Shown here one piece after another: positions 45,601-56,765 of a stretch of DNA of 64,000 bases; the stretch's first letter is position 1; every line of letters starts with the position of its first letter. The notes under the pieces are model-generated. The model did not search any database, was not told where the DNA came from, and saw only the letters and a list, made by a program, of their open reading frames with translations. The translations under genes were made by a program, and so were the position numbers. The DNA is from Azolla caroliniana. Taxonomy: Eukaryota; Plantae; Polypodiophyta. The stretch lies in the NCBI GenBank assembly GCA_043228905.1, contig JBHGNT010000003.1, forward strand, positions 24,366,001 to 24,430,000, given 5' to 3'.

Positions 45601-47039
45601 GTGGGAAATTGTAGATGGTAGGGTAAGTAGTGTAATGGGATTGATTAGTCAGTTCAACTGGAAGGATATTCTCTGTTGGTAAACTAAGATGTACTTATTC
45701 TTGAACTATGTGCCATTGACTTTAAGATAAGTATTTTCTAGCACTAGTTTTGCATCTAGGTAGCTTGATCAGATTAAATGACACATTAGTTGATAGAAAA
45801 GGAACATCCCCACAGTTATGAACTGACTTGTACAGAATAAAACCAAATACAGAATATAAAGATCCACCCTCTTTATCTTACACAGCAGCTGTGACTAATC
45901 TGTGTCAACTAACTTTTTAGTGGACTAGTCCAGGTCCCATCTAAACTCTGAGTGCATGGGAGGACTACTACATGTAATAGAAAGTATGTATTGCCACATA
46001 TACATCTCTGTGAGTGTAACGCTATATGCCTATCTATTCAATTCATGCACTTGGACAACAAACTGCCTAGGTTCTAATGATACATTCAATCTTCATCACA
46101 ACAATCCAGGTCTTCTATATTGTGTTGTTGAACTACTTGGTTATTTAGGCATTTGTTGTTATTTAGATCCTCTACATGAACATTAGGGACTCTCTTTATG
46201 TAGTTCAATCGACAATGCTAATAAACCATGTATATATTGCCGCACTCCATGCGTCCAAGTGTGCCAAATAGAGATTCATTTGATATTTTAGATGTTAACA
46301 TCTAATGTGAATGCATTTAAATGTCAAATTTATCCATGCAAACATGCTCATATGAGTGATTATAAGCCCTGAAATATTACTGAGTTTTTGTTTGTTTAGC
46401 AAATGCTTCTAAGCTCTTGTCAATCCCATAAAAGTGGGGAAATGAATGAAACAACCATATAATTGCCCAAATAACACAATATCATGAAAAAGAGAAAGAG
46501 GAATGAATGCTTATATGAATGATTATGAAAAATTGATTTACTAATTGAAAAACCTCTGAGATATCAGAGTTTTTCTTTGTTTACTAACTGCTTCTAAGCT
46601 ATTGGCATTCCCCAAATGATCATATAATTGCTCAATTAACACATATATCATGAAAGGCGAGAGAGGAATGAAGCAATATATGATTTCTCAACAAGCAATA
46701 ATTAGGCTGACCATGAGCATTTGGGGTACTAACATAAACTAAGTCTTTACATTTTGGTTGATATGAGTTAATATTAATAACAATGGGTGAACAGAAAAGT
46801 GACACGTATTGGAATTATGAAATAGAGAAAGGGGATACACTTTGGGGTATTTCAGCAAAGTACGAGGTAAGCAAAAACTCAATTTCATATGAAGATATCT
46901 CTGGTTTGGGTATGATGAGTATAATAATGAATAAAAAATTCCATATCTGCAGGTGTCAGTGGGAACTTTAAAAGATGTGAATGGATTATATGGTGATGAT
47001 ATTTATGTTGGTGATACACTTACTATCCCAAGACAATGA
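36803..47039 (+). CDS. Small membrane-anchored LysM-domain protein (~125 aa), 3 exons, 9.8-kb first intron
   Basis: Exon 1 is 36803-37021 (MASSSSRNNDDDD..., hydrophobic SIGGIIVAASVLAWSLC, donor gtaagt). Exons 2 (46795-46866) and 3 (46953-47039) encode YEIEKGDTLWGISAKYEVSVGTLKDVNGLYGDDIYVGDTLTIP, a canonical LysM. All junctions are phase 0. The LysM exons are secure. Linking exon 1 to them is inferred, and extra small exons cannot be excluded. Confidence 0.78.
38002..40060 (-). mobile_element. Degenerate Ty1/Copia 3' portion (RT-RNaseH, PPT, 3' LTR)
   Basis: Minus-strand MSQPKYTLKLLDRFNMKECKPMATPME, SDWAGD, HDRTKHIDFQYHYV and ADILTKAL. The PPT aaggggggaa is followed by TGTTAGA at ~38927. The left LTR end (~38002, plus-strand tgtta) is tentative. 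Confidence 0.8.
40092..40280. repeat. Fold-back built from two opposed copies of the Copia LTR start
   Basis: 40092-40160 is the reverse complement of ~38861-38931, and 40171-40279 is a direct copy of ~38813-38921, so the two arms can pair. Confidence 0.8.
40400..42000 (-). mobile_element. Degenerate Tnt1-like Copia fragment (LTR end + RT/RNaseH), left arm of an inverted pair
   Basis: LDVKITFLHGEL...SLYVLKQ, LLLYVDEML, YRKSTSGY and W.SRLQKC motifs. An LTR-like end ...caaca at 41866 lies upstream on the minus strand. Confidence 0.85.
42570..43690 (+). mobile_element. Degenerate Tnt1-like Copia fragment (LTR end + RT/RNaseH), right arm of an inverted pair
   Basis: An LTR-like end ...cagtcaaca at 42712 is followed almost at once by KMSSI...LEIQELDVKT, FAMKDL, DMAGD and ALSTIEAEY remnants with many stops and frameshifts. 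Confidence 0.85.
44282..44954. mobile_element. hAT-type MITE (673 bp)
   Basis: Imperfect TIRs TAGCTATAAGCCCA (44282) and TGGGCCCATAGCTA (ends 44954). 8-bp TSD GTGATCCA (44274-44281) / GTGATCTA (44955-44962). It has many subterminal AAACCA/AACCG motifs and a very AT-rich core. Confidence 0.8.
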
Positions 47040-48237
47040 GTTACGTTAAACATGGACAAATGAACAACTTTTTCAAGTTGATCAAAATGGGATAATGTAC
47101 TAGTCAACTTGCAGAGATTTATGAAACATCTTGAAATATTTCAATGAGCATTGATATCACGATTGTCAGTTTCACAAAAAGCTACAACTTGGTCAGTTGA
47201 GCATGACCAACAGAAGTTTAACATGTGCGCACCTACAAGTATTAGTTCAGCATGTTATGCAGGCAGTTACATATTCTAATGTGATCAATGACCAATAAGA
47301 TTTTGGCCATGTGGGATCCACTTGCTATGTGATCCTCACCATTGCAAAGGTTTATTGTATCACCAAATTATAATGTATATACTATTTTTATGAATAGAGG
47401 GAAAAATTGATAGGAGATTGTTGCTCATGTCAAATTCTATGTTATTGTAAGAGGCTCAAGTTTTATGCTTTTAATGGAAGTTTCTTGTTATGTAGTATTA
47501 ACGTAATTGTTGATATAGTTTCCTGGAATAAGATATCCGTATAGAGCAAGGATTTTGGATCCTGGAACATATGAGGAAGCCTTGTGGAATCTGGACATGT
47601 ATATGAAGTGGAAAGTTTCCATAGCTTATATGATGTAAAAATACTCTGCCGCTATTATTCAATGCTTCAGTGACAATTCTTCTATTAGTTCAAAAGAGAT
47701 AAATCATGTGAGCATCCATATCATAACAACAATGAATTCTATCATTCCATTTAGAGATATCAAATAGATCACATAGAATTCGAGTTGTTGGAGACATGCA
47801 AAGAATATTTTAGAATATCTTTTATTCTTGTATGGGACCTCCATTAGTCAAGTGTGACATGTATATCAAGGTCTACTTCTGTGGAACACATGAAAAACAA
47901 TTATTCAATAAAATTTTACATTGGAAAGCTACACAGACTTTTAAATCCCTACTTTCCATATATCGATTTGAAATGCACATATAATACAAAATTTAAACTT
48001 GTGGAGCTTAATGTCAATTATATTTTCGGTAAAATAATGCCTGACAATTTTATGGACAAATAATCCGTAGGATTCTAACATTAAAAAAAGCGTTTTGAGC
48101 CAACATCAGATCTCTTTAGATTATTAAACCTATCATAACAAAAACCAAAACTCAAAGTTACAATAGCATGTTATGTTTCAGGTGATTGACCATAGATCAA
48201 TCCTAATGAATAGAGAAATTTGTAGGCATAGAATTTT

Positions 48238-49125
48238 TCAGATAGCCCTTTCTTCAAACCCTACCATGGGATCTCCAAGGTTAGAGCTAACTTCAGCAAT
48301 AACTTGACTATCATTGAAATGTGTAACAGCCTTGACAAAAGCTCTAGCCCGAGCAGAAGGATCAGCACTTTTGAAAATACCTGACCCAACAAACACTCCA
48401 TCACATCCCATTTGCATCATCAGCGCAGCATCAGAGGGTGTAGCCACACCACCAGCAGCAAAATTCACGACCGGAAGCCTTCCTAATTGCTTCGTGAGCT
48501 TTACAAGCTCCAAAGGCGCCGAATTCTCCTTTGCAAAAGTATAAACTTCATCTTGATCAAGTGTCTGAAGCTTCCTAATATCCCCTAAAACACCCCGGAC
48601 ATGCCTAATGGCCTCAACAATATTTCCTGTCCCTGCATCCCCTTTGGTTCGGATCATTGCAGCTCCTTCTGCTATCCTCCTCAGCGCTTCTCCGAGATCT
48701 TCACAACCACACACAAACGGTATTCTAAAGTTATGCTTATTGATGTAGTGCACATCGTCGGCAGGCGTGAGAACCTCACTTTCATCAATAAAATCTACGC
48801 AAATAGCTTGTAGGACCTGAGCCTCAACGAAGTGACCAACCCGAGCTTTGGCCATGACAGGGATGGAGACTGCTTTCTTGATCTCTTTGATGAGTCCTGG
48901 ATCACTCATTCTAGCAACTCCTCCTTCAGATCGAATGTCTGAGGGAACTCGCTCCAAAGCCATCACTGCAACTGCTCCTGCTTCCTCTGCTATACGAGCT
49001 TGCTCAGGATTTGTGACATCCATTACCACACCTCCCCTTAGCATTTGAGCCAGACCTACCTTAACTGAGTACGTCGATGCCTTCATTGAATCTGCATTCT
49101 CGAATAGTGCAACTATTCCTGACAT
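48238..49125 (-). CDS. PDX1: Pyridoxal 5'-phosphate synthase subunit PDX1 (divergent, short C-terminus), ~295 aa
   Basis: [71 protein letters not shown] and [12 protein letters not shown]. The coding region has no intron. The start is probably ATG 49125, just after an acceptor AG at 49131-49132. Confidence 0.95.
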   Translation of the reverse strand: MSGIVALFENADSMKASTYSVKVGLAQMLRGGVVMDVTNPEQARIAEEAGAVAVMALERVPSDIRSEGGVARMSDPGLIKEIKKAVSIPVMAKARVGHFVEAQVLQAICVDFIDESEVLTPADDVHYINKHNFRIPFVCGCEDLGEALRRIAEGAAMIRTKGDAGTGNIVEAIRHVRGVLGDIRKLQTLDQDEVYTFAKENSAPLELVKLTKQLGRLPVVNFAAGGVATPSDAALMMQMGCDGVFVGSGIFKSADPSARARAFVKAVTHFNDSQVIAEVSSNLGDPMVGFEERAI

Positions 49126-49130
49126 AGTAC

Positions 49131-49777
49131 CTACCACAAACATAGCAAGAGAAACATAGATCAATAGATAGAGGCATTACAAATATCATGTTGTAAGAGA
49201 GAAATATTTCTAGACATAACATAACAAACCAGAAGAGTCATATACTCTATGTCAAATTTCATTAATCATCAGACCATAAAACCATATGCATGCATAAACT
49301 CATTCTAGGATAGATAATTTTAATAAAATGGACGTCATTTGACGGGCACAGAGAAATAATTAATACTCACGCAAACAATAAATAGGTTTATCGCTAGAAC
49401 CAACGATAGCTATTTCAAAACTAAAACCTCTTTCAGGCATAATCACCGAAGTCAAGATCCAGTATCAGGAGCATAAGTAACCATGTATTCATATGAACAC
49501 TCTTGCTTGCAAAGAAGAAACGAAATATCATGCCTCTCTCTCCTATGTTATCTGTCTGTCTGTATGTCTCTCTCGTAACTGACTAAACAAACGAATTCTC
49601 GGTTTCTCTCTCTAGCAAATTAAATAAATGGCAACTTTCTCTCCCTCTCTGAAATATAAGACTCTTCCTGTTAAAAACTTATACGTTTTTAAAGACACAT
49701 GGAAGCATTCCCATTCCACGGATTGACAAAAAAAGGACAGAATGACCAAACTACAGAGAAGGAACGGGAAGACTTAC
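49131..49777 (-). other. Predicted 5'-UTR intron of PDX1
   Basis: Minus-strand donor GTAAGT at 49777 and acceptor ...tttgtggtAG ending at 49131, five nt before the ATG. The upstream leader (49780-50200) is CT/CTT-rich, as is typical of plant 5' UTRs. Confidence 0.65.
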
Positions 49778-52049
49778 CGGATGAGGATGACGTCGTGAGA
49801 GTGTGAATCAGAAGCAGAAGACGGAAGGGAGATCGCAATCAGAAGAATGAAGAATCAGAACCAGAAAGATCAAAGAATCAGAAAAAGGAGGAGGACGAGA
49901 AAAAGAAGGAACAGAAGACAAATGAGAAAAAAAAAAGAAAGAGGAGGAGGAGGAGAAGAAGAAGAAGAAGAAGAAGAAGAAGAAGAAAGGGAAGCTGAAG
50001 GAGAGGCAGAAGAAATGTCGATCTGATGATGATAGGTCTGTCAGTGTTCAGACAAAAGAAAGAAATGTGAAGAAGAAGATGAAGAAGAAGAAGAAGGACT
50101 GAAGGAGGAAGGGACCTTCTAGACAAGTCTAGATTGTTCCAGAAAACAACAAACACTACGCACACAAGAAAATAATGGAAGAACCCAAAAAACAAACAAA
50201 TAAAATAACTCACGAGTCACTACAGAAGAGTTTCCTTTGATTTCCAGAACATGTCCTCCATATAACATAACATAACATAACATAACATGTCCTCCTTTGA
50301 TTTCCTTTGATTCAAGAGGACCTACCTTTCTTTTTTATTCCTCTCGGAATGCCTATTGGAAGATCAATATGTATATAAGGGGGGGGGGGGGAAATACCCC
50401 TCTCGGAAGTGCCTTTTGGAAGAACAATATATAAATATACATTTGTATTTAGGGTGAAAAATACCCCCGAGCTATATGTTTTATGTCCCATGATGCCCTC
50501 ATGTCTATGTTATCTCTAAATGCATAATACATACATATATATGTATGTAGTGATGAGATCAGAAGCTCAGCCGAAGGTTCCATCACATTCACGTGTTGTG
50601 AATATAGGAATTAGAAGCTTGACGAAACTAACTTTGCAAGAGTTTGCCAACATAATAGCATTGAAAAGTTGTGCGATGAGTTTGGGTATATTATGTGTAT
50701 AGAGGATTCATTGGTCTCTTTTTTTTTCCAAAAAGGGTATTCATTGGTCTTGATCTTGGTGTTTGTCTAATTGGGCGAGCATCTTCATGTACACGTATAG
50801 TGTAGTGTTGGTAACCACTTCTTGTGGTTCCCTCTCATGCCTAGATAACTTCATGCCAATACATCTTTGTATGTGTGGAGTTCGACAAACTCTCTTTCCC
50901 CATCTCTTTCTAAGTCTATAGCAATGTAGATTGGTTAAAGCTATTCATCATTTCCCAATCTGATTTACTTTACTTGAGAGGGACGATCATAGACGATCCA
51001 AGGTGTCATTGGAACTTGTTTATGTTTACTTAGTACTACCCCTAATAAGAACAAAAAGTTGCAAACAAGACCAATAAAAGAAACATCCCAATCAAGATGA
51101 AGGTATTTCTCAATTGTTTATGCATTTGGATACTGTGGATATTGTTATACTAAATTTTGTAATGTATATGAATGGCACATTCAAAATTACTAATAATTTG
51201 AAAACAAAATCCACTTAAAAGTGTGCTTGTATTAACATCAAGATTTCCAGAAAAGTGAGTCCTATCGATGATACCTCAAAAGCACTTTTAGCGGTAGACC
51301 AACAAGAAGGGTCTAAGTGTACTCAAATTGAGTGCATAAATCAAAGAGATGTCACGATTCCATGATTAAGAATGTAAACCATAGTTATCACCATTCATTA
51401 GGAAACTCTTTGATGAAACATTAAAATTTATAACTATTAAGCGCATTAATCTAATATTTGCATGAAAAAAATTAATTTCTAGAAACAAGGTTATTGATCT
51501 CTTTGAAGGCATCCATTACACCTTCTCTAAGGTTGTAAGTGATTCTAAGCTTATGTCAATTTCTTCTTAATACAGGAAACATGTTGGCCGATGTTGAGTA
51601 TGTGGAGAAACACTTCGAATTAGCTTTTGTTTGGTCTAAAATAGCATGCAAACCAACCTCAACGTTAATAAGTGATTGTTGAACACGGTCCTTCCCATCA
51701 AGTCTATACAGGGTTTAGGATTTAGGTTCAAGTTCACTGTTTGAGGAGCATATCACCCAATGTAGCTCTAGGGCCATACAGATTTGAGGATGTACCTACC
51801 CTCGATGTATACCTTTGTTCCAGCACAATAATTTCACTCATCCAATCTTTCAATTGCTTAATATAAATAGGTAGCTTTGAATAGCAGCAAGCAATTTCTA
51901 ATAGATAAACATATTTTAGTGATTTTCCCTACTGTAAATTCTTCTCTTTCCACAAAATGAAAAGCAACAATTTTACCCTAAGAAAAGCTTGAAAATAAAG
52001 CGAATCATCATCATGTATGTACATTTAGATTTCAACATCAAACATCATG

Positions 52050-52395
52050 GGTCATGAGCCTACAAGAATAACAATGCTGAATCAAATTTGTAGGGACATC
52101 TTACTGATGTATAAAGAGAATGTTTCCACATCGTATTCCAGCAGCACCATGCATTTAACAATAGATGTAAGATTTTGTCTGAACTTGCACCAAAACCTGC
52201 ACAAATGCTTACCTTGAGTAAGTTAAAGGTACCATGTGTTCATGAGTCTACAAACAACAACTATGCTGAATCAAATTTGTGGGGACGTCTTATTGATATA
52301 TAAAGATGAGTTTTCTACATTGTGTTTCAGACGTAGCATACCATTAACTTGCACTGGAGCCTATGCAAATTCTTATCTTGAATAAGTTAAGGGTA
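52050..52395. repeat. Diverged tandem duplication (~187-bp offset)
   Basis: catgag(c/t)ctacaa...atgctgaatcaaatttgt(a/g)gggac(a/g)tctta...aacttgcac...gcaaat...ttga(g/a)taagttaa is present twice. Confidence 0.75.
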
Positions 52396-52994
52396 TTGGT
52401 TTTCATTCTCAACCAGGTTCAAATATATCTACTCCTTTGTACATAAACTTTGCAAAGTGCCTATTTTATCATATGTGAGATAGGTGCAACTCTTAGTAAA
52501 GTTATAGAAACCCCTCACTTTCTGTATTTAGATAGAATACATCATGCCTATATGCTCCCATTTTGGCATTTTTCTTTTATCAGAATTCACAAGATAATTG
52601 CAACACTTAGCAAGCCTTCTTTTACCATCACCTTTATATTGGCATGTTATTTTCCACATCTGAATCTTCCTCGGGACCTTCCCTTTTGCATGGTGTGCAA
52701 TGCAAGGCATTAATCAAAACTACAACCCCTTGGTTTCTAGTTAAATGCATCTTGTGCACCAAAGAGAAATCTGCTTGGTACATTCTTTCATCAAGCTTGG
52801 AGTCTTCAAATAGAGCACCGTTTATCCCATCATCAATCCCTCTTGGTTTCTATTCAAATGCATCATGAATCATGCATGATATTCTCTCACCAAACATGAA
52901 GTGTGACAAGAGTAAATACTTCCTCTAAAGCTGTAATAGAACATTTGTGTCCTCATTATCAATGGCACAACCCTTTGGCTTGTAGTTAAATTCA

Positions 52995-55904
52995 TCATGT
53001 GGAGTACAGAAAATCTATTTGACAGGTTTTCTCACCAACAACGTCCTGCAGACAAAAAATTGTATTGCTAGTGTCAGCATAAATGTTGTGCATACAAATG
53101 TACACGGCCGCATCGTTTTCATCTAAGCTCATAGCATGTTCAAACACCCTTTTGCCAAGATCAGCATCATTCCATTTTCTACAAGCACCTAACAAGCTAT
53201 GGCATGACAAAAGATTAGGATGAAATGGCATCTTTTCAATTATCTCTATAGCTTCCTCTAATTGGCCTGCACGGCCAAAAATGTCAATCATACACATGTA
53301 GTGTTCAACATCAGGAATCATATCATAAACTTCCTGCATAACTTCAAAATACACTTGACCTACATCAACTAAACCTGAGTGGCTACATGCATTAAGCACA
53401 CTTACGAACGTGATTGGATTAGGATGTTCTTTATCTTCAGTCATTGTGTTTAATACATTCAAAACACCTTCACTTTCCCCTGATTGGGCATATCCCGAAA
53501 GTAAAGCAGTATAGGAGACTATATCCCGGACCAACAGGTGCCAGAACACTTCACTTGCTTCCATTAGCATTCCACAATTGGCATAGATATCAATTAATGA
53601 GTTGCCAACAACAAGATCTACTTCTAATCCTCGTCTTGTGATTTCGGCATGTAAGATTTGGCCTTTCTCTATAGCTCCTATAATACCACAAGCTTTCAAC
53701 ACACAAACATATACAAGTGCATCAAGAATGAGATCTTTAAGTTGCATTTGCTCAAAGCAATCTACTGCTTCTTCAGCACAACCATGTTTTACAAGACCCG
53801 AAAGTAATGATGTCCATGAGATTATATCTGGAAGTAAGAGTTTGTCAAAAACCTCTTGTGCCTTACAAATCAAACCACAACTCGCATACATATCAATGAG
53901 AGCATTTCCAACTAGGAGATTGGTTTCAAGAGCTCTTTGCGTTATTATGGCATGTATTTCTTTGCCTTTCTCTATGCTTCCAATTGTATTGCAAGCTTTC
54001 AAGATACAAATAAATGTCACAATATCATGAAAAACACCCTCAGATTGCATTCTTTCAAACCATCCAAGCGCTGTCTTTACCTGCCCATTTTGAATGTAGC
54101 CGATAATTATTGCATTCCAAGACATTACATCTCGATTCGGAAGCTTCTCAAACACTCCTATGGCATTTGCAAGGAAGCCACATTTTGCATACATCTCAAC
54201 CAAAGCATTGCCGACTACAATATCCTTTTCTAGGAAACTATTCCTAATTACGATATCGTGTATTCCCTGACCAATCCTGACAGCTCCCAAATTAGCGCAC
54301 CCCTTCAAACTACATACGATTGTTACAGCATCTGGGTGTAGGTTCTCAACTTGCATTCTTTCAAAACAGTCAAGTGCTTCCTCATCATATCCATGATTAA
54401 AATATCCCGCTTGTAGTGCATTCCAACAAACTACATCTCGGACCTGAAGTCCATCAAATACTTCTTGTGCTTTCGCGAGTGAACCACATTTCACATACAT
54501 GTCTACCAGGCTGCTTCCGACTAATAGATCTTCCTCCAGGCCTTGTCTAGCAACTTCTGCGTGTATGTTTTCACCTCTTTCTATGTCTCCAGAGCTACTA
54601 CAAGCAATCAAACTACAAACATATGTGACAACGTTAGGCCTTATACCTTGAATTTGCATTTCTTCAAAGTATTTTAGTGCTTCTTTACCATGCCCTTGTT
54701 TAGCATGCCCTCCAATTAATGCCGTCCACGAGATTACATCTCTTGTAGCCATTACATCAAACACCTTTTGTGCATTTTCAAGTAAGCCTATAGTTACATA
54801 CATATCAAGCAATGCATTTCCAATCACGATATTGTCTTGCAACCCTTTCTTGGAAATATCAGTATGTATTGAATGTGCTTTATCTACAGCCCCAATGCTG
54901 CTACAAGCCTTCAAAATGCTAGAATATGTGAAATTTGTGAAAGTGAGGCCTTCTCTTTGCATTAGTTCAAAATGTTTCAAAGCATCCTCACCATAGCCCT
55001 GTGTTGCATATCCTGCAATGAGTGCATTATATGAAACAGTATCCCGAACGGGAAGTTTATCAAACACATCTTGTGCCTTTTTCAGCAAACAAAACTTTAC
55101 ATACACGTCAATCAAGCTACTACCAATAAATGAGTCATTTTCAAACCCTCTCCTAGCAATCTCGGCATGTAATTCTTGGCACTTACCTATATCTTGTAGA
55201 ATACCACAAGACTTTAAACTACAAAAGTATGTAACAATATTAGGATGAATGCCATCCGATTGCATTCTTTCAAAACAACAAAGAGCTTTCTTAGCATCCC
55301 CATGTTTCACATACCCAGAGATAAGTGTGGTCCACATGACCACATCTTGAGAAGGAGAGTTATCAAACACTTCTTGTGCTTTTTCCAAGAAATTACATTT
55401 AGCATACATATCAACCAAGATGCTCAAAATAAAAGGATCTCGATCCAAACCCTTTCTACAAATCTCAGCATGTAGTTCGAGCCCCTTTTCTCCATTCTGC
55501 ATCTTAGAACATGCTTTTAACAAGGCAATGAAAGCGCCTACATTCGGTTGTGCACAATCCTCGACCATTTGTTCATAGAGAACGAGTGCAAGATTCAAGT
55601 TACCACATTTTGCATATGCTATTATAAGGAAGTTCCAAGTGCAATCGTTGGGCCGAACTAACTTATTGAAGACTTGGTGGGCATCAGAGATAAGCCCAAC
55701 GTGTGCAAGTAAAGGAACGAGAAAATTACCAAGTGATGCATCAGAATCCAATTGGTGCCGACATGTAAAGTCATATAATCGGCGTGCATATGCCAAATTT
55801 CTCTCTTTTCGGCATTTTAGCAAGAGTCGAGAAAGTTTCTGAATCAAGTCGGGCCGTGGTAGAGTTGAGGCTAGTACTTCCAAAGAAGCAAGTGAAGTCT
55901 CCAT
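52995..55904 (-). CDS. PLS-class pentatricopeptide repeat protein with E-type C-terminus, no DYW (organellar RNA-editing specificity factor type), 969 aa
   Basis: Intronless ORF with about eight P-L-S triplets (LVDMYAKC...A.EVFD....DVV.W..LI.GY), then TFVSVLNACSHSGLVD, EHYMCMIDIFGRAG, MPFHPN...SLLGACR and AAVYICMHNIYA. It ends shortly afterwards with no PG box or DYW domain. Confidence 0.95.
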   Translation of the reverse strand: METSLASLEVLASTLPRPDLIQKLSRLLLKCRKERNLAYARRLYDFTCRHQLDSDASLGNFLVPLLAHVGLISDAHQVFNKLVRPNDCTWNFLIIAYAKCGNLNLALVLYEQMVEDCAQPNVGAFIALLKACSKMQNGEKGLELHAEICRKGLDRDPFILSILVDMYAKCNFLEKAQEVFDNSPSQDVVMWTTLISGYVKHGDAKKALCCFERMQSDGIHPNIVTYFCSLKSCGILQDIGKCQELHAEIARRGFENDSFIGSSLIDVYVKFCLLKKAQDVFDKLPVRDTVSYNALIAGYATQGYGEDALKHFELMQREGLTFTNFTYSSILKACSSIGAVDKAHSIHTDISKKGLQDNIVIGNALLDMYVTIGLLENAQKVFDVMATRDVISWTALIGGHAKQGHGKEALKYFEEMQIQGIRPNVVTYVCSLIACSSSGDIERGENIHAEVARQGLEEDLLVGSSLVDMYVKCGSLAKAQEVFDGLQVRDVVCWNALQAGYFNHGYDEEALDCFERMQVENLHPDAVTIVCSLKGCANLGAVRIGQGIHDIVIRNSFLEKDIVVGNALVEMYAKCGFLANAIGVFEKLPNRDVMSWNAIIIGYIQNGQVKTALGWFERMQSEGVFHDIVTFICILKACNTIGSIEKGKEIHAIITQRALETNLLVGNALIDMYASCGLICKAQEVFDKLLLPDIISWTSLLSGLVKHGCAEEAVDCFEQMQLKDLILDALVYVCVLKACGIIGAIEKGQILHAEITRRGLEVDLVVGNSLIDIYANCGMLMEASEVFWHLLVRDIVSYTALLSGYAQSGESEGVLNVLNTMTEDKEHPNPITFVSVLNACSHSGLVDVGQVYFEVMQEVYDMIPDVEHYMCMIDIFGRAGQLEEAIEIIEKMPFHPNLLSCHSLLGACRKWNDADLGKRVFEHAMSLDENDAAVYICMHNIYADTSNTIFCLQDVVGEKTCQIDFLYST

Positions 55905-56230
55905 CCTTCTCCTGCTTTACTTTCCATGGGTAAAATAGCATCTCTACAGGGGATCTGTGTCTTTACAAGAAGAAAGCACATACAAACTCTTGAGACATGA
56001 ACACCCCACTTTATATTTCTTGAACCGTATCCTAATGAAATCAGGCAAATCCATGGTGATGCGAGAAACAAACAAACTCTATAAAGTATCGAACTCTTCT
56101 GTATCTGCTCCTACACCATAGCCTGACAAGGCAGAATGAAAACCTGCACATAGAATCAAGAGCTCCAACACCACGTGTTCCTGTATGTTCATACAGACAG
56201 CACTATGTAAATCAGATATCTTTGAATCTT

Positions 56231-56765
56231 GATTATGTTTAGGCATTAGAAAGAGGCGCCAAATTTTCTTTATTTCTCGAAATACCCCTGGGGTCTTTTT
56301 ATTTCCCTGCGATACCCATGACGTTTTGGAGAAACAATATCTCTGATTATGTTTAGGCATTAGAAAGAGGCGCCAAATTTTCTTTATTTCCCGAAATACC
56401 CCTGAAGTTTTGGAGAATCAATATCTCTGGTTATGTTTAGGCATTAGAAAGAGGCGCCAAATTTTCTTTATTTCCCGAAATACCCCTGAAGTTTTGGAGA
56501 ATCAATATCTCTGGTTATGTTTAGGCATTAGAAAGAGGTGCCAAATTTTCTTTATTTCTCGAAATACCCCTGATGTCTCTTTATTTCCCTAGGATACCCC
56601 AGAAGTTTTGGTTAGTCTCCAAATGGCCTCGGCTTTCCCTCAACTCCTTTCTTATGGGCATCCGCAAAATAATGAGCACTTCAGGGGGTTTGGAAATATA
56701 AACAAAAGCTCGGGGATGTTTCGGGAAACAATGAAAATTCAAGAGCATTTATCGGAAAAAATAGA
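56231..56765. repeat. Tandem array (84-bp unit, 4 copies, the first one longer) followed by a partial inverted copy; possibly an expanded fold-back/MITE
   Basis: ttatgtttaggcattagaaagagg(c/t)gccaaattttctttatttc(t/c)cgaaatacccctg starts at ~56231, 56345, 56429 and 56513. 56710-56740 (ggggatgtttcgggaaacaatgaaaatt) is a diverged reverse complement of the unit core. Confidence 0.85.

Noticed and set aside
49126-49164. ORF-track N-terminal extension of PDX1 ([13 protein letters not shown])
   Set aside because: It lies mostly in the 3' end of the predicted 5'-UTR intron. ATG 49125 fits the family length better.
49878-50213. Hydrophobic Leu/Phe-rich ORF, and similar ORFs at 2498-2885 and 21827-22281
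   Set aside because: These are translation artefacts of (GAA)n/(CTT)n microsatellite leaders or antisense frames of real genes.
51710-51730. Telomere-like motifs (agggtttaggatttagg; also ccctaaaccctaa at ~40003)
   Set aside because: Only 2-3 imperfect units, compatible with chance or a telo-box, and not an interstitial telomere.
56231-56600. CRISPR-like appearance of the regularly spaced repeats (also at 31161-31300 and 16493-16860)
   Set aside because: The sequences between repeats are identical rather than unique spacers, there are no cas genes, and the context is eukaryotic.
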